A stretch of 64,000 nucleotides of DNA, taken from positions 74,278,001 to 74,342,000 of the forward strand of contig CM052816.1 in assembly GCA_028534125.1 (NCBI GenBank), read 5' to 3'. The notes beneath the pieces are model-generated. The model was not told the DNA's origin and did not search any database. It saw nothing but the letters and a program-made list of their open reading frames with translations. A program made the translations under genes and the position numbers. Positions within the stretch are counted from its first letter, which is position 1. Each line of letters begins with the position of its first letter. Origin of the DNA: Lama glama (lineage: Eukaryota). Positions 24,903 through 37,575 of the stretch are shown piece by piece.

Positions 24903-25861
24903 AAGTGATTCTTTAGGGTAGCAAATCTAGATATATTAGGGCCTGCAATTTTTAAATCGTAGCAAATTGCGGTTTCCGAACAGTGAGTCCCAGCAGCTCC
25001 TGGTTTGCCACGCCAGTGGAAGCGCCAAGGCCAAAGTATGCCCTTGGCAGAACCCTACCCCTCCCATGTGCCATCGCATTTTGGGCCGAGGACAGCTAGT
25101 GTCCGCCTGATGCCCTCTGATGGTGGTGGGACGGTGAGATTAGCCCTGAGCCACTGTGCCCCTTGGCTATTCCCTTAGTGTCAAGAGATGGGACTTCTTC
25201 TGTCACATTTACCCAAGTCTAGGAGGAAACTCAAAGTCATGACGTTACACGGTGGATTTAAAGTGAAAACAAGGATTTTTTTTTTTTTAGCCATAGAGAC
25301 GATAACTACCGCAGCGGTGTCCAGACTGAAGGGTTTGATTAAAGGGATTTTCATTATTTTAATAAAGTTAAAAATTTCAACCCATAAAATAACATAAACT
25401 AAGTTGAATATCAAGTACGTTAAATAGCAAGACAAGTAAAATTTTTAAATAAATAAAATGGAAAGGTTGTAAAATGTAACGATACTTTTAAATTAAAAAT
25501 GAAAGAATGAAGAGAAATCGAAAATAAATTATCCTCACACTGAGACGGTGTTTTGCTCTAAGGCAGCACCGGTCATTCCTCCACGCAGGGTGGTTTTCGG
25601 GGTCTCAGGCTGCTCCTTTCTGAAAGCCGGCGGTTTCTCTTTGTCTGCACAGCAGATCGCTCTCAAACGGGTAATTTGTCTTGGGCCACAGCACCACTGT
25701 TGACTGCTGCCAGTGCCGCTGGTGTCTGCGGTTTCTCGTCCGCGAGGCGGCCAGCGGCGGCACCGCTCCTTTTGCCCAGAGCGGTGGCTTCTGGTCTCCG
25801 CCGGGGCGCCGACAGCTCCCTGCGTGTTGCAGGGCTCCTTCTCTGTCGGGTTTGCTTATTG

Positions 25862-26285
25862 TTGTTCCCTTTCGGTTGTTTTCATGCTATGTTTTTTCAT
25901 CAGAATGACTTATTCTGGTTCGCTGTGCTGTCTAGGATTTGTCTGAATTCCATTGCGTCCGGTTTCCTTTCGGCACCTCCGTTTCCTTTCGGTTGTTTTC
26001 CTCTGGCTACGGTTTTTCATCGGGACGATCTATTACCGTCCGTTGGCCGTGCCCTTGTAGGGCTTGTCACTATTCTATTTGGTCCGGTTTGCTTTCGGTT
26101 TCTCTGTTTCTTTTTTTATTTAAGTATAGTGAGTTTATGTCGTATTTTATTCCGTCTGATTTGCTTTTGGCTTTTCCATTTGTTTTCGGCTTGTGTAGCT
26201 CTGGTTACGATTTTTTTTCATCAGAACGATTTATTTCAGCTCCCCGTGCTCAGTACGATTTAGTCGTATTCCATTTAGTCTACTG
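25862..26285. repeat. Three degenerate T-rich units (~110-120 bp) upstream of ANXA2R
   Basis: Recurring core 'tttttcatcagaatgacttatt' / 'tttttcatcgggacgatctatt' / 'tttttcatcagaacgatttatt'. Confidence 0.7.
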
Positions 26286-26438
26286 ATTTTTCTCATATTT
26301 CCTACCAGGATTCTTTTGATGTCTGACTTGCCTCCGCCCACGGTGCATAAATACCAAGGCTCATGGCCCTTCTGAAGGCTCTGCCTCCTCCATCAGAGCA
26401 AAGGCTCGTGTCCTGCTGCTGGTCCGAGGTCTATTGCG

Positions 26439-26933
26439 ATGGAGCAGCATTTTCTCCAGCCCGAGAAGGAGGCTTGGAATTGCGCAGAGGTGGAGCCAGA
26501 GCTGCAGCTTCCTGGCGGGAGCCCGGCAGATTCTGGGCCGTGGCCGCTTCCTTTCTACCCGGTACTGGGAGAGTCCTCAGGCCATCGCGGCGATTTCAAT
26601 TACGAACTGCTTTCCAGTCCTTGTCGGTGCCTGCCCTTTGACTTCTTGCCAAACAGACCCAGTCCCAGAGCCTGGAGCACTTTGGAAGCAAGCGCAGCCC
26701 AGCTCACAGCCACAGGAGAGAGGGACCCGGCAGAGGAACCCGACCAACCCCCAACGGGACCTGGTGACAGAGAGCAGGACAGCGGGCCACCTTCGGAGCT
26801 TCACCTTCCTCCCGTCGCCGCTTGGTGGAGCCAGAACCCGCTGGTCTCCGGCTGCTTAGAGTGGATTGGTCGCTCCCTGCATGCCTTGACCTGTGGCTGC
26901 TGCAGGTTCATTTTTGGCGCTAAGGAGCCCTGA
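26439..26933 (+). CDS. ANXA2R: Annexin-2 receptor (ANXA2R/C5orf39) orthologue, 164 aa
   Basis: MEQHFL...AW...GPWPLPFYPVLGE...LLSSPC...AEEPD...CLEWI...CC..I.GAKEP matches human ANXA2R as I recall it at both ends; gcgATGG Kozak; GC box and CATAAATA at 26346; AATAAA at 27006-27011. Confidence 0.9.
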   Translation: MEQHFLQPEKEAWNCAEVEPELQLPGGSPADSGPWPLPFYPVLGESSGHRGDFNYELLSSPCRCLPFDFLPNRPSPRAWSTLEASAAQLTATGERDPAEEPDQPPTGPGDREQDSGPPSELHLPPVAAWWSQNPLVSGCLEWIGRSLHALTCGCCRFIFGAKEP

Positions 26934-27254
26934 GATGGCAGCAGGAGTCTTTTGGGCACTTGCCCCAGGAAAGGATTCTAGGTTACAAAACCTGCCTCCT
27001 TAGGAAATAAAAATGCATTGCGACACAATATCAGAGTTCGTTGTCCATGTTTAGTTCTTGTTCCCTTTGAGTTTCTTGTTGCAGTTCTGGTCACTTAGCA
27101 CTTGGCAGCTTCCTTGCTGGACAGCCAGCCCAGGGAACAAAAATATATTCATATTTTCGCCCAGCCGGTTGTTTGTCTATGGCAGTAGCTTTGGTTCTGC
27201 TGAGTGGGATGTTTCTGGCTGGCTAGCAGCAGCGGCAGTCACTTCCTGTGGGGG

Positions 27255-28273
27255 TGGTACCGAGTCCAAATTCGTTCTGCTCCACACTGGACAGGCCAAT
27301 AAGTCGGGAGACGAGGTGTTGGGGCAAGGAATAACAGCTTTATTTGGAAAGCCAGCAGATTGAGAAGATGAGGGACTAATATTCTAGAGAACCATCTTAC
27401 CCAAGTCAGAATTCAGTTTCCTTTTATACCAAAAAGGGGAGAGTGTGGTTGATTGCAAACTTCTTGGTATTGGAATCCTTTGTTCTTGGAGCTGTCCACG
27501 TAGGTCAGGTCATGGTGTTCCTGTAAACCTCCAACAAGACAAATGTTATTCTCTGCCCCGAAACCTTTCATCTCTATATGAATGGAAAAGTGTTTTACCA
27601 TTAAAGGTCAGTGTTGCCGACGAAATGAATCACAAAAATGTGGCTGACGAAATGAATCCCTGAGCGGTTGTGGTGCAAAAAAGTCTCCCGAGGCTCGGGT
27701 TTCTTTATTCTTATACCCCTCACACAAAGGAGCAACCCGAAGCCGTACCAAGCATCGCGAGACAGTATTTTTTGAATTGACGCAAGCGCACTACATCTAA
27801 GACGTTCCTCCTAGTCATTTCCTTATCCTAAGTATCTTTATTGCTCTCAGACCCTCCTGTTCCCAGGCCTGTTCCTTTTGAGGAACAGATAAACATCCTT
27901 GTCTGCAAACAATGTTTCTCCTGGGAAGAGGAAGGGTCTCTTGGCAGGAATTTCTGTTTGCAGATAAGTCCGGCCACTTCTGTGAGATGTCCCGCGTGCA
28001 GGCACACCCACAGTTTCCCTACTAAATCTCCTTCATCCTTGGCAGGAATTTCTGTTTGCAGATAAGTCCGGCCACTTCTGTGAGATGTCCCGCGTGCAGG
28101 CACATCCACAGTTTCCCTACTAAATCTCCTTCAGGTCAGAGCCTTGAGAATGTATATTTCAGGCTATAGGAAACATTCTTTTAGGAAAGGTGCAGAACCA
28201 ACATGATTAAGCATAGGAAACAGCACAGGGTTAGAGCTAAAACAGCTCTAACGTTGTAGTTCTTCCCTAGTAC
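27255..28273 (-). mobile_element. Solo ERV LTR (same family as 5389-5814), interrupted by a younger LTR
   Basis: 'ggagacgaggtgttggggcaagga' is the reverse complement of sequence at ~5740-5762. Confidence 0.85.
27612..28133 (-). mobile_element. Young nested solo LTR, possibly class II (betaretrovirus-like)
   Basis: TG...CA ends, perfect 6-bp TSD GGTCAG (27606-27611 and 28134-28139), near-perfect ~99-bp internal tandem duplication, CpGs retained. Confidence 0.85.
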
Positions 28274-28279
28274 AGGCGC

Positions 28280-29000
28280 TAGCTCCTAAGCGCCAGGGTC
28301 GCCGTTTTCTGGGTCTCTGATTGGTGGAACGGGAAGGCGGGTTTTTCATCCATCAGGAAGTGTTTCCCAAGAGAGCGCCAAATCTTGCCTGAAAGGGCCA
28401 CACAGGGTTGGCGCTTTTTTATTGGCAACACAGGTACTCGAGCTGCCTCAGTTAAGCTTCCCTTGGCACAGCGGTAGTTGCACCGAAATCGCCCTAGGGT
28501 TTCTCGTCCTCCAGTGCGACGCGAGTGCGGGGCGTGGCTGGGCTCTCAGCAGTAAGGCCCCTCAATTCTCTCCAGAGGTAACTGGGTCCTAGCACCGCTG
28601 GATCGCTCCACGCCCCGCCGGTCTCACAGTCGCAGTCCCTGGGCTAGCACGGAGCCCCTGTTGAGGTCTGCACCTGCCCTGGTTGTGAGAAGTCCGCGGC
28701 TCTTCCCTCACAGAACACGTTTGCATCGACTTGTTTTCTCGGTGGCCGCACGCAGCGTACATTCCTCCAAACCGGCTTTTTCTCGGTCGGTGCACTGTTA
28801 ATTGCTCCTTGCCGGCGTTGCTTGGAGGCAGCACTACGCCAGGTGCTCCGGGTCAGCGTTTTGTGAGTGGCGGCTTGGATAAAGCACTGGTCAACGAGAT
28901 TTCTCAAGCAAAGCAAGTCTGGATTCGGGACTAGTAGCGCTTCAGCCCCGCCTGCGATTTCTCAGCCTTAGGAATCTGGCGTTTTACCGTGAGCTCGAGA
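28280..29000. promoter_or_regulatory. CpG-rich promoter-like segment
   Basis: High CpG density, two ATTGG (CCAAT) boxes, CAGGAAGT ETS site, GGGGCGTGG GC-box. Confidence 0.5.
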
Positions 29001-29479
29001 TTTCTTAGTCTGAAGAAGTCCCGCTGGAGAGATTCCTTAGGGTAACAAGTGGTGATTTATTCGGGCCTGTGATTCTTTGTCCTAGCAAATTTCGGTTTTG
29101 GAACAGCAAATCTCAGCAGCTCCTGAGTTGCCACGCCTGTCGAAGGGCCAAAGCCAAAGCGTGCTCTTGTCAGGGCGGGACCACTCCCCTGTGCCATCGC
29201 TTTCTGGGCTGTAGCACAGTTAGTGTCCGCCTGATGCCCTCTGACGGTGGCGGGACGGTGAGGGTACCCCCGAGCCACTCTACCCCTTTTCCATCCCCTT
29301 AGTGTCATGAGTTCCGGCTTTTTCTGTCACAACACACTTGCTCTACTTCTAGTAGAAAGCTCAAAGGCGTGATGTTTCATGGTGGATTTAAAATGAAAAA
29401 TAAGGACTTTTTAAAAAAAACCTTAGGTCTAGTTTGGCAATTACAATGGGCTTGTCCAGACGCAGGGTTTGGTTTAAAC

Positions 29480-32400
29480 GAATTATCTTGTACCCTTTCC
29501 AAAGGATTACATTTCTTTTATTACATATCAGATACATTTACAAAAAAAAAACCCTAAATTTACCTTTTGCTTGTGTTTTTGAAATAAGGTGAATTTAATT
29601 TTGCTTAGGCAGCTTAAATGCTTTAGTGGGCTTAGATGATTTTCAAGCGCGGTGTGTTGTATTTTCACTTATCATACTTCATTTTTACATATTTTAAATG
29701 AAAAATTTTGTATTGTTTTATGTGCATCTTTTAATAGTTAAGCTTAGCAATTAATGTTTCAGCTTATTAGCTTACTTGGAAATGATTTAGATATTCCAGG
29801 AACATTCATTATTTAACTTTGTGCAAACTTTAATCTCACTTGTAGCTCCTTACATTACTTGTGTGTTACACATACGTTTGGATTTGATATTAGATGGTTA
29901 TCAGTGATCTCAGGTTATCCTTCTTGCTGACAAATTTCATTAGAGATAGCATGAGCTTATGTGACCAGTAAGTCCACATAGATAAAGTTTTATGTTTGCT
30001 TTATAGTAACCTTCACAACTCTGAAAACATCTCTATTTTAACGAAACTCAAAAACTTAAAGTAGCTTAATTTTACCAAAGATTATTACAAGTCATGTGAA
30101 CTTGAAAAACTTTTGGGTTAGTTTCTATATTTCTGAGAGTTTATGACATACTTAATTCATATAATTACTAATTTTTCTTTAGACAAATAGATATCTTTAA
30201 AAATCACACATATAATATAGATATACATAAACCTTCAGATATACAGAAACACATACACAAACAGATATACACAGAGATATTGTAGCTTTCATTTAAAATT
30301 TTTAGCCATGTGTCAGGTGCAAGATACAAAACTCAAAAGATTAGCTCATTGAAAATTGTGCTGTTGGGAGATGGAATAAGTAAAGGTTACCCACTCAGAT
30401 GGCTAAAACTTTCTACTAATGGTTTTTTATTTGCTCCATTATAAAGATTCTTTTTGGTGAAGCTATTTCTGGAGTCATTTTGTCTTTTAGAACCTTCTGC
30501 ATACAAATTAAAGAATGAATTCTATTGCCTTTCAGGGTGTCTGAGATTCTCTCTTTTTAAGGACACCCTTAGACTGGTCTATCTTGTGTAAGGTAAAGGT
30601 TCCCCAAAGTGGCCACAGTAAGTACAAATATTGATGAAAATTCAATTAACAATCAAGTTAAGAAGAGAAAAATGAATTTTATTTGAGCCAAATTATATTT
30701 ATTTGAGGATTATAACTTGGGAGACAGACTCTTGGAAGTGCTGAGAACTGTTTCTCCTGTTAGTAGTCATATGCATTTTCTTGACAAGGATCCTATACAT
30801 ATACAAAGGCAGAGTCATATACATTTTCTTGACAAGGATCCTACATCAAAATGATATACTGACATTTTACACAAAGTTTACCAGAGATACATTGTCTAGG
30901 TAAACACATACGAAGCAAGCAGTAAGTCACTATGACCACCTACAGAATTGGAAAGAATGCCTAATCTGTAAGAAGTTACATTGCTAGCATTGGAAGAAAG
31001 GGAAAAAGAACTTTGCTATGGAGCAGGCATGCCCATCTTTGGGGAGGTCTGGTTAGTATGTGATGCAGATGCATTAGGGAGGGAGGGAGGAGGCCCAAAC
31101 GGAGAGAGAAGAGAAAATTTTATGCTTAAATTGTCTTTACCTGTCTTAAAATATAAATTTTATTTCATTTTCCCCTTTTAATCATTAATATTTAGATAGA
31201 AAGCCTTAGGTGAGCAAATATTTGGTCCCCCAGTGATAAGGTGGTTACTTACCTACCCTGGATCCATTATTTCCTTCAGTCTTAATAACTCAGTTCTTTC
31301 CTTCCTTTTACAGAGTTTCAGCAGTAGAATGCTTGTTAAGGACTGATAGACAGTTGTGGGCCAACAGACACTTAGATTATTATTTTTTTTAATCAGGTCC
31401 AAACCATACTTGTGTGGTGGGGTCAAAATTCCCCCTTTTTGTTGCCATATCTGTTTCTCTTCTTTAGTAGCAATTTCTTGCACCTGTAGATTGACATCCT
31501 TTACTGGATGAGCAGGGTGAACAGTGAGCAGTGGACATTCTCTAGGCTGAATGTGGTGAGTCTTTAAAGCTGCTCATTTGGCTACAGTGTCAGCAAGCTG
31601 GTCTCTGTTAGCTTCCATAGTGTTAGATTTGGGGTGCCCTGGTGTTTTAATAATTGCTAACTGTTTTTTGGCAGTTCTGCAACAATAACTCTGCAACCTG
31701 TTTATCTTTTTTTTTTTTTAGGTTGTCCTAAAGAGGTTAAAAACTTGTTGTTTTCACAGCATTCCAAAGTTGTATGCCACTCCAAAGGCATTGTGACAGT
31801 CAGTATAAATATTTGCAAACTGATCTTTAACCATTTGAAAAGCTCAGGTTAAGGCAATTAATTCTGCTCATTCTGCTGACTCTTTTTCTGGTAAATAAGA
31901 GCTTTCACTTACGTTCACTGTGGATGTTATTTCATGCCCAGGTTGATAATGCCCTTGCTCATCCTTTAAGTAGGACCCATGTGTAAATCAAATTAGATCA
32001 GCCTTATCAACAGGAGCTTCTTGTCAGTCATTCCTGGGAACAAAAAGATAATCTGTTACTAAGAGGCAATCATGGTTGTTTTCTTCTTGTAGTTCTTGCA
32101 GGGTTAAGGTTATTACAGCATACCAAGGTAACATTATTCAGTCTTCAGTAGATATGAGAGCTGTTGCTGAAATGGCCCCCATACAAAGTGCAAGTTCTTT
32201 TGCTACTGAATCTAATTTAGTTTTAGAGCATAAAAGCAAGTCATCTACAAGCATTTTTTGCAAAAGCATCAGAGTAAGACAATAACTGTCAATAAATAAC
32301 AAAAGACTTAAAAACATGGTTAAAGACCTGATTACAATGCAACTGTTAGGGAACTTCGGCCATGTCTGTGACAAAATTTTAAAATAATAACTAGAATTAT

Positions 32401-35400
32401 GACTGACAACATACGAGGACATTTCAAATTTGAAGAAGTTGATATCATTTCTAGAACATTTATAACCTAAGAAGGTGTGTCATTACGCACTTGACAATGC
32501 TTCCCATGTAATTTAACATACCAAATAAGTCAATATCTCTTTGAGATGTTCAGAGGCCCTCTGAAGCATTCTTAAGTTAGCAAGAGGCAACAGAACTTCA
32601 TTTAGAATTTGATTTGAGGAAGGTTGTCAAAGATATCAAAACGTTTTAGACATTTGGCTAAGTAGGATCATAAGTCACTGTGAAACAATACTTAGTCATT
32701 TAACCAAAGTGACAATAAAAGATTTCAAAGGTAAACAGAGAAAACTACAACAGATAAGAGTTAGTAAAGAGACTTTATAATCTTTTTATCAAAAGCAGAT
32801 CAATATTTCAAGAAAACTTCGTCCAATTAAAAGAGGAAAAAAAAAAGAAATTCCAGTTTTGCGCCACTCTACTTTTAATAGTAAAACTCGTTTATTTGAC
32901 TAAATTCAGTCTATTCTTAGTCCTGATCATGCACAGAACTTTTGTTCAGACTTCCTTTTTTAGATTTAAATTAATTTCTAGAAAATATGCTCCTTCATAA
33001 CACAATCTCCCAATAAAGCACAAAATGTATTTATTAATAGTCTCAAATATATTTTGTCTCTCATCAATAACAGGTCAAAAGTAGGTAAAAATAGATTCCT
33101 TTAGCAATTAATGTTTGAATATTTTATGTTATCATAAATGATCTAGACAGTCAATGAATTTTCATCATTTAATTTAATTTAGCCGAACTCTAAAGTTTCA
33201 AGTTACCAAAAACCTGGAGAAACTGTTTACAGGCAGATAGAACATAAAACATACTTATTTCTAAAGAGTTCACCCAAAAACTTTTATCTCATTTATCTCT
33301 ATTTCACTACTTTTGAAAAAATCCTCATACCAAGTCAATTTTCTTGTTGACAAATTTTATAACAGATAACAAGACCTTACTGACTTTTAGTAAATCTAGG
33401 TACAATAAAACTATTATACTTAATGTTGATGATTCTAAGGACATATCTATATTAATTAAATCATCAATTTAATCTTATTTTAATAATTAAAAATTAACCC
33501 TAGGTCACATGATACTTTAAACATTTTGGGCTAGTTTATGCTATGCTTAGAAATATTTTGTTTATAAATGCTTATTTTTAAGTCAATTAATAAGGCTGTT
33601 CCATAAATTAATTTTGATAACACCATATGAAGGTAGAGACAGATCATATTTACACAAACATCTGTATATCTGTAAAGGCACAGAGACCTCACAGTTCTCC
33701 TGCTTGAGTTTGAAAAAGCTTCTTTTCCCTTTTTCCTCTCTCAAGTTCTGCTAACTGAGCCAAAGCTGTATTCTCAGGCTATGTGGGCTGTGTTTAAACT
33801 TCAAGAACATAGTAAGAGTTTTAACTTCAAGCTTTCTCCTAGGAATAATTTGTTCTCTCTGAGTCAGAATTTTGAAAACATGTTGTATCAAGCTGGCTTT
33901 CCTCTAACTGCGTATGGGAAAAAAAAAAAAAAAGCTTTGGAGTGTCAAAAGAGCCCCATCCTGGCCATTTAAGAGTTAAGTACTTGGGAATGTTGGCTTC
34001 ATCCCAAGTGTACAGGAAGCCAGCTGGAGTTCCAGTGGGTGGCTGTACATCGGGGAGTTGTACAGACTTTGAGGCATGGTTTCCCATTATTAATTTGTTA
34101 GCCTAACTCTGATATGATCTGGACAAATTTCTGAGGGCAGTGTGGCAGACCGAATGTGTGCCGCTCTCAGTCTAGCTCCCTAAGGAGCCACCCTTGGGTA
34201 GGTTTGACTCTCTAACATGTCGGTTTCTCCCTCCAGCAGTCTAAAACTGCTGTGGGTGCTTGGAGCACTAGGTGATCAGCCTTTGTATTGTGCATTCCCA
34301 GCAAGCAGAATTTACTTAATGGTTCTAGTGGGATCCCCTGTGGGACTGCTGCCTGTTGTGAGGATTGATCCTCACACACTCCACAAGGTTCTTAGCAGCC
34401 TGAGAATGCCTTGTGGCCAGAAGGAGCAAGTGTCCCTTTTCTTCAGAGCTGAGCAGGCTCAGTCTCTCATTTCACGAGCAGTTTATTCAGACCATGTATA
34501 CACGATATTTCGAATTTAAGCCCAGTTAAAAAAAGCCAGGTAACTCTAAAATTCCCCCTAGGTCCCTGCCTAGGAAATATCAGTACTCCCCTAGGATTCC
34601 AAGTCCCAAGAAACACAGTTTGAATAAAATTTATGACATCATTTAAAGTGACGATGTCTGGATATCAGGAGAACACACCAAAGCGCCTGAGGAATACCGA
34701 GAAGCTAGTGGTGCTCAAAGGCCCCGGCTAGCAGCAAGCAGTGGTTTAGGGTCGTTCCAGGTCTCTTCTTGTGGGCGTCTCTGATATCCTGCTAACTGTG
34801 CCAACCAAGCAAATGTTTACAGGAAATTCAACTGACAATTAAGTTAATGAGCAAAAAGGAATTTTACTCAAGTCAAACTGAGGATTATAACCCAGGAGGC
34901 AGACTCTCAGAAGCTCTGAGGGCTGTTCTACCTGTCAGGAACCAGATATGCAGTTTTATAGATAAAAATGACATGCTGACAATTTACAAAAAGTTCACCA
35001 AAGATAGTGTCCAGGGAAACACATACAAAGCAAGCTGTAAGTCACTTTGACCCCTATAGAGTTGGGAAAGAATGCTAATATTTAAGAAGTTATATTGCTA
35101 GCTTCAGGAAAAAAAAGGAGAAAAAACATTTTTCCTGTGATGCAGGCACTCCCATCTTTGAGGAGGTCTGGTTAATGTGTGATGCAGATGCACACTGCAC
35201 ATTAGGGAGGAAGGGAGGAGACTGAATTAGGGGGAGGGAAGAAAGGGATTTTTGTTTAAATTTTCTTGTCCTACCTTAAAATATATACTTTATTTCATTA
35301 CAAATTATCTAATCATTCACCGATTTTCTCCAAAAGGCACAAGATTCTGGTTCCAGTTTTGGACCAAGTCGAGCCTATCTTTCTTTGCCTTTGGATTCTC

Positions 35401-36085
35401 TAAGGCATCTTAACTCTGTCAGCCCATTTTTCAACAGCTGTTGCAGAACACAAGGGATCACCCCTTTGAACAGAGTAGGGTGACTTACCAAGAAGCTTCC
35501 ACAAAGGTCCCTCAGCAAGATCAGTGAGCTCCACATGAAGCGGGGAGAACTGGGATCTCAGATTGGCCAGAAATCAGGGAGCCCAATGGGGCCCTGAGTG
35601 CACACTGGTCTCCAGGTTCTTCAGGTTTTCTTTGTTTTTCCCCATCCTACTTCTGATGACAAACATTTTTAAAAGAAAATTCAGAGAACTTTTCTGAATA
35701 GAAATATTTTATTGAGGGAGAAACAAATTGTTCTCAAAGAAGGAGATTTCAAACGGAAAACTAGTATGAAGCTCAGAGGCTTGACTTTTCAGGACAGCTT
35801 GTAAAGTGAACAGGAGGAAGTTGTTTAACCTTTACAATAATTGGTTATTACAGTAGGCATTTCCAGAGGGCAGGGGATTGGCTAAAGGGATTATCTTATT
35901 CCATTTTAGGAAGATGACTTAAGGTTTTATTTATTTTTAATGATTTTCAAAGGCATTTACAAGAAATAGCTTGAGTTGAATTTCCCCTATGTTTTGCAAC
36001 GAACTGGATTTAGTTTTGCTTACATGGCTCACACGGTTTTGTTTGCTAGGGGAGTTTTCAGGCCTGGTCTATATTTTATTTCATT
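29480..36085 (-). mobile_element. Outer degenerate ERV (LTR ~35665-36085, internal region split by a second provirus)
   Basis: LTR-like end 'tattttatttca'; minus-strand 'tgtcatcagaagtaggat' resembles a tRNA-Leu PBS; AT-rich MER4-group-like internal sequence. Confidence 0.55.
30629..35298 (-). mobile_element. Deleted class I ERV provirus with two LTRs
   Basis: Homologous LTRs ~30629-31168 and ~34815-35298; tRNA-Ser-like PBS TGGCACAGTTAGCAGGAT; polypurine tract at 31169-31180; gag start MGNHASKS...KWPGWGSF (34087); RNase H remnants FTHGSY, AELIAL, NIYTD (~31790-32000). Confidence 0.85.
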
Positions 36086-36564
36086 TCACCTCACTTCATT
36101 CATTTCAGCTCTGATCCTTCTGGGCGCTAGCCCCGCTGAGTTCTCACTGTCCGCAGTTCTTAGGTGGCAGCACCCTCGAAAGGACCAAAACGGATATTTG
36201 CTTTTGACCACAACAGGACTCTGCGCCAGGCGTGCCTTGCTGGTCCGGGCGCCGTTAAGGTGCTCTGTCTGTGTCAGCACTTTCTGTCGCGGTCACCGCC
36301 CCTCCAAGTGCACCAGACCAGCATTTTCTTAGAAGTTTTCACTAGAGTCACAGTGGTGCTTTCCCGGGTCGCAGCCTCGCCGCCTTCCCCAAACCCCCGC
36401 AGTGGGTGGCTGGCAGCAACGCACTCGCTTAGAGACGGTTCGATTTAGCGAATTCCGCCTTAGCGATGCTTCCCATTTCACTCGCCTACGAATCGGGGTA
36501 TGCCTGGGAATGCGATTTCCAGCGTGAAATCTGTAAAATATTCTTTTTGCCTTTCCTTCTTTTT

Positions 36565-37575
36565 TTTTATTGGGGGTAAAATTGGCATGTAAGTTTCAGG
36601 TGTACAACACTATGTTTCAACATCTGTTTTCATTACAGTGATCATCCCTGAAAGTCTAGTTACCATCTGTTATCACACACTTGACCCCTTTCATTCATTT
36701 CAACCGCCCTCCAAGCCCTTTCCCCTCTGATAACCACCAGTGTGTTCTCTGTGTCTGAGTTTGTTTTTGTTTGTTCAAGATTTTTTGTTTGTTTGTTTGA
36801 TATTCTACATGGGAATAAAAGCATATGTTTTTTTGTCCCTTACCTTCTGACTTATTTCTCAGCATAATACCTTCAAGTTCCAAACATATTACAAAGGGCA
36901 AGATTTCATTATTTTTATGGGTAAATACCAGGTCTTTTTTTTTTTAATCAACTCATCCATGAGCGGACACTTACGTTATTTTCACATCTTGATTGTTGTC
37001 AATAACGCTGCTATGAACACCGGGGTGCATCTAACTTTTCAAGTTAGTGCACTTATATTCTTCAGATAAACATCCCGAAGTGGAATAACTGAATTGTATG
37101 ATAGTTCTATCTTAACTTCTTGAGGAATCTTCATACTATTTTCCAAAGTGGCTGCTCCAATTTACATTCCCACCAACAGTGTATGAAGGTACCTGTTTTT
37201 TGGTCACATCCTCACCAAAACCTATATATATATTTTTGTCTTTTTAAGGATAACCATTCTAACAGGTATGCAGTGATGTTCATTGTGGTTTTGATTTGCA
37301 TTTCCCTAATAGTTAGAGATGTTGAACATCTTTCATGTGTCTATTGAGGTCCTCTGCCCATTTTTTAAATCCTTTGGCGTTTTTGTTATTTTCAAGTTGT
37401 ACAAGTTCTTCACATATTTTGAATATTAACCCTTGATGGATATGTGATTTGCAAATATTTTCTCTCATTCAGTACTTTGCTTTCTCATTTTGATGGTAGT
37501 TTCTTTCATAGTGTAGAAGCTTTTTAGTCTGATGTAGTCCCATTAATTTATTTTTGCTTTTGTTTCCCCTGCTAT
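36565..37575 (-). mobile_element. LINE-1 3' end
   Basis: Poly-T head then antisense L1 3'UTR and ORF2 C-terminus. Confidence 0.88.

Noticed and set aside
25676..26263. 195-aa hydrophobic ORF resembling a membrane protein
   Set aside because: Non-ATG start; hydrophobicity and repeats come from the T-rich repeated DNA
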